A DNA stretch of 64,000 nt from Octopus vulgaris (taxonomy: Eukaryota): positions 16,616,001 through 16,680,000 of the forward strand of contig OX597827.1 in assembly GCA_951406725.2 (NCBI GenBank). Reading direction: 5' to 3'. Positions 25,364-37,639 of the stretch are shown one piece after another. The notes beneath the pieces are model-generated. The model did not search any database, was not told the DNA's origin, and was given only the letters and a program-made list of their open reading frames with translations. Positions within the stretch are counted from its first letter, which is position 1. Every line of letters begins with the position of its first letter. The position numbers and the translations under genes are program-made.

Positions 25364-25676
25364 TGGTTGTATACTGTCAACTTAACGTGACAGTCCCGTA
25401 AGGGAATTACACCACGGCTGTTTAGCCCTAGGAAGCATCGACGCTTCCTGTCGGCCTTCAAACATTTCCTGTGTCCTTATATATATAGGAAGGGGAGAGA
25501 CAAACACCCCAACAGCTCAGGCCTAGCTGTTGGGGGTGTTTGTCTCCCCTTCGTAAATATATAAGGACACTGGAAACGTGTCAAGGCCGACAGGAAGCGT
25601 CGATGCTCCTAGGGCCAAACAGCGGTGGTGTAATTCCCTTACGGGACTGTCACGTTAAGTTGAGAGTATACAACCA
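25364..25676. repeat. 313-bp imperfect palindrome (fold-back/MITE-like) 140 bp downstream of the GPCR stop
   Basis: tggttgtatactgtcaacttaacgtgacagtcccgtaagggaattacacc.. pairs with ..ggtgtaattcccttacgggactgtcacgttaagttgagagtatacaacca. Loop about 25518-25524. Confidence 0.9.
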
Positions 25677-26075
25677 AAAAATATTTCATATTTTATAAAG
25701 AAAAAAATGCAAACTTATCCACGAAGAATCTTTGAAAATTATTTATTTTAAACCCTACATTTTATTAAAAGGAAGACACGTCTTCTGAAAAATATGGCTC
25801 CCTAATGCCATGGTCTCTCGCATGCAAAGCTCTTCTGTGATCTTCGAAAGGACATTTTTCAATGTAATCTTCTTCAAATTGCACAAACTTAATTCTAATG
25901 TATTGTATATGATGTCTTGAAAAGAGAGAAAAGAATAACAAACTAGTCTAATATTTCAAAATGTCTGTTTGTCATTAATCTTTTTACTATCTATTGGGGT
26001 TGTGAGTTGGTACTCATTCACAAAATTAATAGAGTACAGGTGTCAGAGAATTATAATTATGTACACCAACGTAAA

Positions 26076-26175
<100 letters not shown>

Positions 26176-26343
26176 ATATAATAACATAGAAGAATTCTAA
26201 TACCACCTGTGCTCTACAAAAGATTTTTCACTCCAGAATTTATATTCCATTATTTAAAGATTTATCTGCTTCATGATTCACGGTTCCGGAAAAATTATTT
26301 CACGTTAACGAAGTTGCTAAACTTTTATGAAGTCAATGATATA

Positions 26344-26399
<56 letters not shown>

Positions 26400-26588
26400 A
26401 GTAGTTGAATGAATTATCTTAGTATGGATAATTCCGTTAACCGATACCTGGGTAGCAAATTCACGTCAGAAAAACACGGTTGAAGCTACATGCCAAGGGC
26501 AAAGATCACGTGCTTTCGTGTGGAAATTTGTGTGTTTTTTTAATACAAATAAATGAAAGAATGGAGTTGAACGACGATTTAACAAAAT

Positions 26589-26686
26589 TCCTTTATTCTC
26601 GACATATGTTTCGAAGGCTGCATATTCCTAATTTCGAAGAAATAAGGAGTGCATTATGCCGCCTTCTCATCAGGAAAAACAAGGAA
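26589..26686 (-). ncRNA. Type I hammerhead ribozyme in left (inverted) PLE terminal repeat
   Basis: Minus strand: ccttgtttttc-CTGATGA-gaaggcggcata..tatgcagccttc-GAAA-catatg-TC-gagaataaagg. Intact core, long helix II, palindromic helix III (ACATATGT), GUC cleavage triplet. Confidence 0.85.
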
Positions 26687-26859
26687 CTTATGTCAGCATC
26701 AAGATGAACAAAGTCTCTAAGATGGCTGCCCACACGGAGTCCATAGCGATAATGAGTGTTTCTTTAAAATATTCCGTTATAAGCAGTGACGTCAAAAATG
26801 GTTGAATGTCGAAGATCTAGAAAGTTCAGGAGTTCAAACAAGGTTGGAGGGGAGAGAGG

Positions 26860-29274
26860 GGAACCCCTCCAGCAAATCCCAGACTGAAGAAATTTGAAGA
26901 TGATCTGTGGGACATCGTAAGGGACATTAAATTCCGTAAATCGCCCCTTAGGAATAAAAACCTCAAATACCTCGATAAAGTCACCAAAGATATAAACAGA
27001 TTAGACGCTATCCTGGTCCAATCGGATAAAACCAGGAACACATATAAGCTAGCTAAGAACCAGTATTTAGAAATGCTCAAGAAAGAAATACATAAGAATT
27101 ACAGGACAACAAATAGGAATACACTCAGACAAGCCAACTTAGAAATTAAGAAAATCATGGAAACGTATGGATTACAAATGAAAACACAACCGCTGAACCC
27201 CAGACAACCAAGATTCATCGTTAAGAACCATAAACCGAACTTTCATACCAACCCGGAATTAAGGCTCATATGCCCCTCTAGTTCCGACATCGGTACCCTT
27301 AGTAAGTACATTTTAGATAAATACATACCTATATTAATCAATAAGTTAAAACTCAGCTTATGGTCTAACTCCACTAAAGTCGTAGAGTGGTTTACTTCTA
27401 TTACTAATAAGGACAACACGAAATTCATTCAATTCGATATATCTAGTTTCTACACTTCGATCAACCCTAGTGTACTCAATAAGGCCCTTTGGCACGCACA
27501 TAATAAGGCAGGCCTTTCCAGGGAGGAAAATCTTTCATACAGTTCGATGATAAGTTATGGGTCCGCAGAGATACCCCCAACGCGTTCGATGTGCTAATGG
27601 GAAATACAGAGAGCGCCCAGATAGCCGATTTGGTCGGAATCTATATTCTCTATGAATTGGCCGACCAATTCCCGGACATCTGCGGCGGTCTGTATCGAGA
27701 CGATTGTCTACTTTACCTACAGAATGCTCCGAACAATATGATACAGAAGACTAAAAACAGATTAGCTAGATTCTTTAGCAGAATGGGCTTGAGCATAGTT
27801 TTCGGCGACGAATTAACTAAAGCCAACTTCTTAGATGTTACCCTAAATCTGCAGAATAATTCTTACTTCCCTTATCATAAGCCTTCTACTAATCTTAAAT
27901 ATATCAGCATTTTCAGTAACCATGCCAAAACTATCACCGATAATTTAGTTAAAAATATTTCCTTAAGACTATCAAATTTATCTGCTAATGTCGACATCTT
28001 TAACCAAAAAGCGGAATTTTATAACGCCGCCTTGTCAAAAGCCGGTTATACAGATAAAGTATCATATATCGACCTGGCCCATTCTAAACCAATATATTCT
28101 TCTCAGGATAAGAAAACTAATAACAATAGAAATAATGTGAATAATGATTTCAGCTCTAACAACGTCGACACCACTATACTTAAGAAAAATAATTTACGGA
28201 CCAGGGGAGGCAATCGGCAACCAACACCAATTTTCCAGCACAGAAATATTCCCTTTAATGTAAATGGTAACACTCTGAATAATTCTAAGTCCACAAAAAA
28301 CTATATCTGGTTTGTCATACCTTTCGGGAAACAAATCAGGTCAAACCTTCCTTTACAGTTCCGTGAAGCCATAGCTAGGAACTTTCCCAGGAATTCTAGG
28401 TATTACTCTACTATCAATTCGCATAAGGTAAGGATTGCATTCTCCAACACTAGAAATCTATCGCAGATCATTGCCTCCCATAATAACAATCTGCTAAATA
28501 AGGATTCATCACCCGGGAGTTACGACACTGCTCTTACCAATTCCAACCAAACATACAATAATAATAATAATAGAAATAGTATTGATAATAGCAACATTCA
28601 TAGCAGCGTTGGCATTAACAATAGTAATATTAATAATAATATTAGTCGGATTACTAACAATGGTAGTGTTAGTGGTAGTAACGACAGCATTTCTAATAAC
28701 AGTGGTAGTATTGATGATAACAACCCCAGCATTCCTATAGTCTGGGAAATTGCCGACGATAGTACAATTAATAGTAATGATAATAATAGGAATAGAATTG
28801 TGGTCAATGCTAGCAATAATATTAACAGCAATCATAACAATAAAAACTCCGTTTTAGTCTCGGAGGTAAACCCTAACAGATTAAAGTTCCAGCAATTCCA
28901 AAATTAGAAATTCCATTTACCAGTGTAAAATTTCTTCCGGTACCGATGTCTTCTTCTACATTGGGGCAACTACTTCCAAATTAGCCCAGAGGATTTCCAA
29001 TCATTATTCAACTTTCCGAGATAAGAGAAAACAACAAAGCACAGGACTAAGTAAATTAGTTTGGCGTCTTAAGGACAGCAATATATCTTTCAAGCTGGAA
29101 TGGTCCATATTGTCTGTATCCTTTCCGTTTGATAAGGGCAGAAAATTTTGTGGCGTCTGTAATTCCGAAATTTTCCATATATTGTTCGCCAAATTCCCTT
29201 TAGTAAATACAATTGTTGAAAAATCCTATAGGTGCATGCACTGGCAGAAACACACCTTTCACTCATATGAATGA
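26860..29274 (+). pseudogene. Disrupted PLE polyprotein (reverse transcriptase + C-terminal GIY-YIG endonuclease)
   Basis: Frame 1: ..ILVQSDKTRNTY..KPNFHTNPELRLICP..FIQFDISSFYTSI. After a frameshift/deletion near 27527: AFDVLMGNTESAQIADLVG..GGLYRDDCL..NFLDVTLNL..PYHKP..SNH. After a second frameshift near 28885-28905: SIYQC..FYIGATT..RISNHYSTF..STGLSKLVWRLK..EWSIL..CGVCNSE..CMH, stop TGA 29272-29274. This endonuclease segment is absent from the ORF track. Confidence 0.9.
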
Positions 29275-29831
29275 TGATTAATATAGATAACCTCCTTGAA
29301 TTTAATAATTTGGTTCTATTTATACAACACCACCATAGACAAATTTTTATACTCATAAAGGACTACTATCAAATTCGTTGAGGTATGTTTTACCTTTGTC
29401 TCTCTACCTCGCCCTCCTCTCGCTCTCCCCCTCTCTCTATCGTAAGCACAATCAAACACACAGACACAAACCTGTCACTTCACCACCGTTTGTTCTTGGC
29501 ATCTAACCAACCACACACACAATCACGCTCACACATACACACACATAGACACGAATGCAGTTATATACATACACACACATAGGCACTCAATCGCAAAAGC
29601 AAAACAACAACACATCACCATTCATATGACTTGCACCCTGTCACCTTCCTATTCTTAGATCTCTCCCCTCCAACCTTGTTTGAACCCTTGAACTTTCTAG
29701 AATCTTCTACATTCAACCATTTTGATGTCACTGCTTATAACGGAATATTTTAAAGAAACATTCATTATCGCTATGAACTCCGTGTGGGCAGCCATCTAAG
29801 AGTTTTTGTTCATCTTGATGCTGACATAAGT

Positions 29832-29928
29832 TCCTTGTTTTTCTTGATGAGAAGGCGGCATAATGCACCCCTTATTCCTTCGAAATTAGAAATATGCAGC
29901 CTTCGAAACATATGTCGAGAATAAAGGA
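29832..29928 (+). ncRNA. Type I hammerhead ribozyme in right PLE terminal repeat (C3U core variant)
   Basis: TTGATGA 29844-29850, helix II gaaggc../..gccttc, GAAA 29905-29908, catatg, predicted cleavage after C29916. Same motif as the left copy except CTGATGA>TTGATGA. Confidence 0.75.
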
Positions 29929-29962
29929 ATTTTGTTAAATCGTCGTTCAACTCCATTCTTTC

Positions 29963-30000
<38 letters not shown>

Positions 30001-30042
30001 AAAACTTTCGACCAAAAATTGGTCTATATATGGTGTGTGTGT

Positions 30043-30073
<31 letters not shown>

Positions 30074-30203
30074 CATGTGCGTGTATATATATATATTTTC
30101 TAGTTTCAGCTCAGAGCTGTGGCCATGTTGGGGAACCGCCGTTTTGCTACACTGTTATTATTGAGTGCCTCTTCTATTATGTGGTATTTGGTGAATCAAG
30201 GAG

Positions 30204-30338
<135 letters not shown>

Positions 30339-30369
30339 GTTTGTATGTATTTATATAGATACATACATA

Positions 30370-32196
30370 TAGGGTGGTGCAGAGAGAACGGACGTTTTTG
30401 AAAAAATCGCAAAATCATTAATTTTAGCTGCAAACAAATTTTATTGACATCGATGTGTTCGTTTTGAATTAGCGTTTGTCAAAATCAAGTGTGAAAAACA
30501 ACATCCATCATGTGGTGTCCGATTTAATTGATGCATTTCCGCAGGCGTTCTTGGAAGTTGGCACCCACCCTCGCCAGCATTGCACTGTCGATTTGGCTGA
30601 CTTCCACGCGAATAGCTTCCTTCAAATCGTCCAATGTACGGGGCTTATGCTTATACAGACGTACCTTGTAGTTTCTTCACAAGAAATAATCGATCACACT
30701 TTTCTCTCAGGACGCTTACATTCTGTCGTGTATGTACACTGACATTAAACATCCAGTGGAGCATATTAGCCTCATTTCTAGCAAGCTTACGCATATCCAC
30801 AGCAGTCACAGCCCATGTTTCACTGCCATGAAGCATGGCTGTTTGCACACATGCAACATACAGTCTACCTTTTCACTTTGAGTGAGAGGCCCTTTGTTAC
30901 CAGCAGAGATAGGGAGTCTCTGATCTTTGCCCAGGCTATTCTTATTCTAGCAGTTATGCTCCCAGAGCATCCACCCCTGCTACTGACTTGATCACCCAGG
31001 TAACGGAAGCTATCAACTAATTCTGGTTTTTCCTCCTGGCATGCTATGGAAGCTGTTTTCTGCACATTTTCAGTGTTTATTGCCCCTGGGCATCTGCCAC
31101 ACACAAAAAACTGTCTTTATGGTTGGCCTGTAGCCATTGGTTATGGCTGGTTATAAAGTTACCTGCTATAAAAGGGCTGTAGTCTAATGACTGAAACAAG
31201 TAAAAGAAAAAAAATTCAGGGGACCGAAGAGGCCTAGTAATGTCAGCGAACTGGAAATGAGAAGGTCACCGAAGAGAGGGCGAATAACGTTCATTGATGC
31301 TCTGGCTGTGTGGGTCGTCGCTCCATCCTGTTGAAACCACACACGTCGAACAGGCAGACGTTTGCGTTGTAATTCAGGCGCAAAGAAGTTGTTTATAATC
31401 TCGATGTAACGCGCGGAGTTCACAGTAACATCATTTCCATTATTGGTTCCAAAAGAAATAAGGACCAATGACGGCAGCTTTTCCAACAACATACTAGACC
31501 CTCACTTTTGGGCTGAGCAGTGATCTTTCGTGCGGGTTTTCTCGGACGTTCAAGAGCCCAATAACGATAGTTCTGTTGAGTCACCATGCCATTGACATGA
31601 AAATGAACTCCATCACTCATTAACAAAATAAGGCTGTCATTTGCCCTCAAAATTGCTTCCATCTGACGTGCGAAGTTAAGCCGCTGTACATAGTCCTATG
31701 GTTTCAACTGCTGCCCAATTTGTACGGATGGAAATGCAAGTCTTCATGCAAAATACACCTTACCAATCGATTACCAATGCCAAGTTCAGTGGAAAGCCTC
31801 CGAGCAGAGCGATTCGGATTCCGCATCAAACCTTGTCTGATGCGTTTCTCATTTTTCGGGGTCCGTACTGTTCGTGGAGCCCACACCACTCTCCTATTCA
31901 TTATTGTACATCGTGTACGCAGTGCATTCACCCAACGTAAGATTGTGTTACGGGTGGGAACAGCCTGATTTCGGTGAATGTTGAAGTGACACCGAAACTC
32001 ACGCTCAACTGCTGTGACACTCGTTATTCTACGGCAAACACGCGATGCTCTGTCGGCCACACCGCCATGGCTTCACCTAAAGAGGAAAAAATGTTAAGAC
32101 ACCACGGAGCGAATGGTATATGTCAGATATATGTCCCTCCCGCTGGGACTGAATAATAGCCATTTCAAAAACGTCCGTCCTCTCTGCCCCACCCTG
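30370..32196 (-). mobile_element. Decayed Tc1/mariner transposon with nested LINE fragment
   Basis: TIRs agggtgg.gcagag.g.acggacgtttttgaaa, TA-flanked. Frameshifted transposase: PTRNTILRWV..LHFHPYK / MSDGVHFHVNG..NYRYWA / VNSARY..WFQQDGATTHTA. Confidence 0.88.
30695..31110 (-). mobile_element. RTE-clade LINE reverse transcriptase C-terminal fragment (nested)
   Basis: VDSFRYLGDQVS..GGCS..ITARIRIAWAK and AMLHGSETWAV..NEANMLHWM motifs. Confidence 0.8.
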
Positions 32197-32489
32197 TACA
32201 CACACACACAGTAAGAAAGAAATAATAAGTAGAAAATAGGTATGATATTGAAAGTTTTATAGGACATATACGCGTTTAGTAAAATACTGCAATAATTACT
32301 TAACAAGTAGAGACTTTATGCAATTATCAGTGACCCGCTCATCTGAAATTGCGAAGATAATCTGGTACTTGACTGAGAAAAGAAAACTTCGATTGACTCG
32401 TCCTTGTTTTCTTTGTATCGTCTATCTGGATATTTTATTGTGCCATTTTGGGTTGCCTAACTGTCTGGATGTTTTGCGTTCTTGTCTTT

Positions 32490-32643
32490 GTTTTTTTCTC
32501 TCCTTGTTTTTTCTGTATCACTTTCTGTAGAAGAGAGTAGGCTCGAGACGTAAAAGACTTTTTCTATTCTTGAGCGTTATACTAATACATCTGTTTGTTT
32601 TGTACACCACATGTCTTCGTCTTTTGTTTGTTTCATAAACTCT

Positions 32644-32646
<3 letters not shown>
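32490..32646 (+). mobile_element. Short HHR-motif repeat, family A (decayed core)
   Basis: ctttctgtagaagagagtaggctcgagacgtaaaagac..actctccc followed by (TA)n. Confidence 0.7.
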
Positions 32647-32719
<73 letters not shown>

Positions 32720-33153
32720 ATAACGATCTATGTTAAAGTAAGCTCTGAATATATGCACTTTTCCCCCGTTGTGTAAATTATCAAACCTTGCAGGCCACGT
32801 AAATAGCTGACAAAGTATAAGATCCAGGAAGTGAGAGCAACGACACACCTCAATCAAAGTCAAAAACATAAGAGACAGAAGAAGAAGGGAGTGATTAAAA
32901 ATGAAGACAGAGGAGCTACATCGAGAGCTCATTCGGCGATCAACTAGGTAGGGATAGCCAGTAAGAAATGAATACATGCCCGAAAACCACATACAGACTC
33001 AAGCGCACGCGCACACAGACACACAAATGCACAAACACACACACACAAATGCTCACACGCTCTCTCTCTCTCTTACCCACAAACGTACACACATTTATAC
33101 GCATCCACATTTACAAGTAGCACATGCGAACATACACAGGCTAGCACAAATAA

Positions 33154-33752
33154 AGGCGGCGAGCTGGCAGAAACGTTAGCGTGCCGGGCGAAATGCTTAA
33201 CGGTATTTTGCCAGCCGCTACGTTCTGAGTTCAAATTCCGCCGAGGTCGACTTTGCCTTTCATCATTTCGGGGTCGATTAAATAAGCACCAGTTACGCAC
33301 TGGGGTCGATATAATCGACTTCATCCGTATGTCTGTCCTTGTTTGTCCCCTCTGTGTTTAGCCCCTTGTGGGTAATAAAGAAAGAGATATTTCGTCTGCC
33401 GCTACGTTCTGAGTTCAAATTCCGCCGAGGTCGACTTTGCTTTTCATCATTTCGGGGTCGATTAAATAAGCACCAGTTACGCACTGGGGTCGATATAATC
33501 GACTTCATCCGTATGTCTGTCCTTGTTTGTCCCCTCTATGTTTAGTCCCTTGTGGGTAGTAAAGAAATAGGTATTTCGTCTGCCGCTACGTTCAAAGTTC
33601 AAATTCCGCCGAGGTTGACTTTGCCTTTCATCCTTTCGGGGTCGATTAAATAAGTATCAGTTACGAACTGGGGTCGATGAAATCGACTTCATCCGTATGT
33701 CTGTCCTTGTTTGTCCCCTCTGTGTTTAGCCCCTTGTCGATAGTAAAGAAAT
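33154..33752 (+). repeat. SINE family 2 tandem trimer
   Basis: One head plus three ~183-bp bodies. Confidence 0.85.
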
Positions 33753-34976
33753 AACAAATAAGTGCATTAATACACGCACATATTCACAAAAATATCACAC
33801 ACACACACACACTCACACATATATAGACACATACACATAATACACGTGTATGCTGATACACACACACACACACACATACGTATATAGTATATTTACTTTT
33901 ACAAACAGATATGTAATCGAGCTTTTCTTAAACTCTTCTGTTTTCCAAAGGTTTCGTGGATATATCTTCAAGTTATCGGATACAGGATATATTTGATACG
34001 GTGTTCTCAATCGTGGTTCATATGACCCCCGGAGGTCAATAGAAGATTTTTAGGAGTTCACACTAGCAAGATATGGAATTGGATATTCACAGTATTATTT
34101 TGAGGGTCCTTGAAAAGTTTTGATTTACATGTATGTGTTGGTATAGATTGCAAGAAACGCTCAAGTTTCTTTCTCTAACATTTTATATAGTTCAAACTAC
34201 GAAAGTGAAAACGGATTAAGTCGGTTATATCGACCCCAGTGCGTAACTGGTACTTAATTTATCGACCCCGAAAGGATGAAAGGCAAAGTCGACCTCGGTG
34301 GAATTTGAACTCAGAACGTAGCGACAGACAAAATGCCGCTAAGTATTTCGCCCGGTGTGCTAACGTTTCTGCCAGCTCGCCGCCCTAAGTCAATTTTTGT
34401 AAGTCAATTCTTGTATGAAAGATGAGTGACGAGAGAATTCCAGAGGGACAAACAAAATAGGAATTTTGAAAGAAGCGTCTACAAAACTAGTTTTAAATAT
34501 CGAATGGCTGTGGGGTCCACCAGAATAGAACAGTAACAAAGGCGTCCATAGATAAAAAAACCCCCCAAAAAAAAACAGTTGAGAATTCTTAAGTTCTGAA
34601 TTCGAATTGTACCAAGGTCAAATTTGGTTTTCAACCTTTCATGCTTCTTTCTTCTATTTGTTCGGTCTGAAGGGAGGCTCAGTTATTTCGCTGTCCTACC
34701 AAGGTTAGTAGGATTGCTGTCGTTAATTTTTTTGTTTAAACCTCTTTATGTCATATCTTACTTGAAATACACAGCGTATTTTGCGAGAAAATAATGAAGA
34801 ATTTATTAAAACTATTAAACTGTCATCAAGCTGATGCTTGGACTGTAATTTAGCATGAAATTTTGATGAACGGTTTTAATTTAGAAACTATTAAAACAGG
34901 AAGTTTGTATCAAAGAAGTAAGGACGATTTTAGGTGGGTTGGTATTAAAAGAGTTAAACTTTTGTAAGTCAATTCT

Positions 34977-35760
34977 TATTTCTTTATTGCCCACAAGGAG
35001 TTAAACATAGAGGGGAAAAACAATGACAGACAAAGGGATTAAGTCGATTACATCGACCCCAGTGCGTAACTGGTACTTAATTTATCGACCCCGAAAGGAT
35101 GAAAGGTAAAGTCAACCTCGGCGGAATTTGAACTCAGAACGTAGTGACAGACGAAATACCTATTTCTTTACTACCCACAAGGAGTTAAACATAGAGGGGA
35201 AAAACAATGACAGACAAAGGGATTAAGTCGATTACATCGACCCCAGTGCGTAACTGGTACTTAATTTATCGACCCCGAAAGGATGAAAGGTAAAGTCAAC
35301 CTCGGCGGAATTTGAACTCAGAACGTAGTGACAGACGAAATACCTATTTCTTTACTACCCACAAGGGGCTAAACACAGAGAGGACAAACAAGGACAGACA
35401 AACGGATTAAGTCGATTACATCGACCCCAGTGCGTAACTGGTACTTAATTTATCGACCCCGAAAGGATGAAAGGTAAAGTCAACCTCGGCGGAATTTGAA
35501 CTCAGAACGTAGCGGCAGACGAAATACCTATTTCTTTACTGCCCACAAGGGGCTAAACACAGAGAGGACAAACAAGGACAGACAAAGGGACTAAGTCGGT
35601 TATATCGACTCCAGTGCGTAACTGGTACTTAATTTATCGACCCCGAAATGATGAAAGGCAAAGTCGACCTCGGTGGAATTTGAACTCAGAACGTAGCGAC
35701 AGACGAAATACCGCCAAACATTTCGCCCGGCGTGCTAACGTTTCTGCCAGCTCGCCGGCC
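34977..35760 (-). repeat. SINE family 2 tandem tetramer (184-bp period) with target-site duplication
   Basis: Unit starts at 34977, 35161, 35345 and 35529. Flanked by taagt(c/g)aattctt at about 34965 and 35761. Confidence 0.9.
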
Positions 35761-35774
35761 TAAGTGAATTCTTG

Positions 35775-37020
35775 TATGAAAGATGAATAACGAGAGAATT
35801 CCAGAGGGACGATGTCCCAGAGAAGAAGGCCTGGGTATTGGATACCTCATAAATGATGAGTGAAGGAGAGAGTAGTCATTGGCAGTGCATGAGTGGATGG
35901 GGCATAATTCTAGAAAACTCCGAGGAACAGGTACAATACAGTAGCGAGAAAAGATAGAGAAAGATTACAGGATGCTTGTGGAACAAAGAGAGGAACGTTC
36001 CAGTGAATGATTTTATGCTAATCAGTTAGCAGCCTATGTCAGGATGTGGGCTATGACGTATCATCCTGTATGCGGGGACAATACTCCATTGTGACATCAT
36101 TTTGAGATTTTTGTGCGTCAGCAGTTGTTGGATCTGAAGCCTGATCTTGCTCTGAAGAAAAGGGTTTCCTTTGGTATATGACCCTGGCTATATTGAGGAT
36201 GTGCTTCGCCAGCAGAGATCTTCAGTGTTAGTAAAGCCTAAAACTGGAGTGACCGTGTGGGCTCTGGTTGAATGCTGTTTACGTGTAAGCGTGGTGTGGT
36301 GCGATGACGTTTTGAGCAGTCTCTGAGATTGTATTTTCGGTTGAAAGAGACAGGGTAAGCATGTAAACATATAAACCATTACAAGTTAGAATAATCATCA
36401 AACAATGTTTTATGGTGTGTCTATTTACTTCTGTCATGTCTGTGTGCACGCCCTGTGTGGTTGCGTATGTATACGATTGTACTTATGTGTGGTTGTGTGC
36501 ATATGTACATTTATGTGTGTTTATATATATATATATATATATATATGCATGTATGTACGCATGATTGCAGGCATATGCATATTTGTTCAGATGCACGTGT
36601 ATATATGTGTGTGTGTGTGTCTGTGTTTATCTTGTGCATTTATGCTTATGAATGTATACGTATATATTTAGATATATAATTACGTGCACACACATATACA
36701 TACACACGCATATATATATATATATATATATATAAATATGCATATAAATACACACACACACACACACATATGTATATATATATATATATATATATATCCC
36801 CATTGGAAGATGTTTTCGAGGTTTTCGATCACGTTATCGATGCAGGTTTGGCGTATGGTGTCTAGTTTACGTGCGGATGATGCGTGTTTGGAGAGGGTTA
36901 AAAAGGAATAAAGATTGTATCGTGTGCGTATGAGTGAGCGGATCTTGGCTATTACAGTAAATAGGTCACTGATGTATAGAAGGAAGAGAAGTGGGGGAAA
37001 ACATCCTAAATCCTGGTGTA
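35775..37020 (-). mobile_element. Highly decayed CR1/Jockey-group LINE RT 3' portion, interrupted by microsatellites
   Basis: Minus-strand remnants in collinear order: PLLFLLYISDL..NLENIFQW (36800-37000), LGFTNTEDLCW, KSQ..TMEYC, AFFSGTSSLWNSL. Confidence 0.65.
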
Positions 37021-37639
37021 GACTAAAGGTTATTTAAAAAAAAAAAAATTTTTTATTGCCCACAAGGGGCTAAACATAGAGGGGACAAACAAGGACAGAC
37101 AAACGGATTAAGTCAATTGCACCGACTCCAGTGTGTAACGGGTACTTAATTTATCGACCCCGAAAGGATGAAAGGTAAAGTCGACCTCGGCGTAATTTGA
37201 ACTCAGAACGTAACGGCAGACGAAATACCGCAAAGCATTTCGTCCGGCGTGCTCACGTTTCTGCCAGCTCGCCGCGGCGATAGAAAATAGCTGCGTTAAC
37301 ACACGCCGCGATACTGTGGTCTGAAAGTAAGCTACTGATTCAAAATATATGAAATTGATGGATGCTGTAAGCGGCAAGGCTCGTATGCCAGACATGACGT
37401 AAATCTTTACTTCTGTATATTCACGGCAATAGCTTTTCACTTTTACTGAATTTCTCTAAGGAGAGAATCCGCTGGAGAGTAGTGAAATAAAAGTTAATTT
37501 CGAGTGACTTTGATAGTACGGAAGCCGTGCTTGTAGACACCGAGGAGGGAAAATATTCTAGGTGAAGAACATTATTCAACGATTCAATATTTTATGGAGA
37601 TTTTAGCAATTTAAAATTAACGATTCAATATTTTATGGA

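Larger units (their letters stand above)
26397..29968 (+). mobile_element. Penelope-like retroelement (Naiad-like), 5'-truncated, with inverted pseudo-LTRs, between (TA)n tracts
   Basis: About 309-bp inverted repeats at 26549-26857 and 29660-29968 enclose an RT + GIY-YIG frame. (TA)n tracts lie at about 26340-26396 and 29966-29995. A ~150-bp extension lies outside the left repeat, and its assignment to the element is inferred. Clade call is from recalled motifs (DKT, GLYRDD, C-terminal CxxC..CxH). Confidence 0.9.

Noticed and set aside
28885-28907. Programmed frameshift between RT and endonuclease
   Set aside because: PLEs normally have one ORF, no clear slippery site is present, and the copy has another disabling frameshift.
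34977-35760. CRISPR-like or satellite array
   Set aside because: Units are whole SINE bodies with no unique spacers, in a eukaryotic context.
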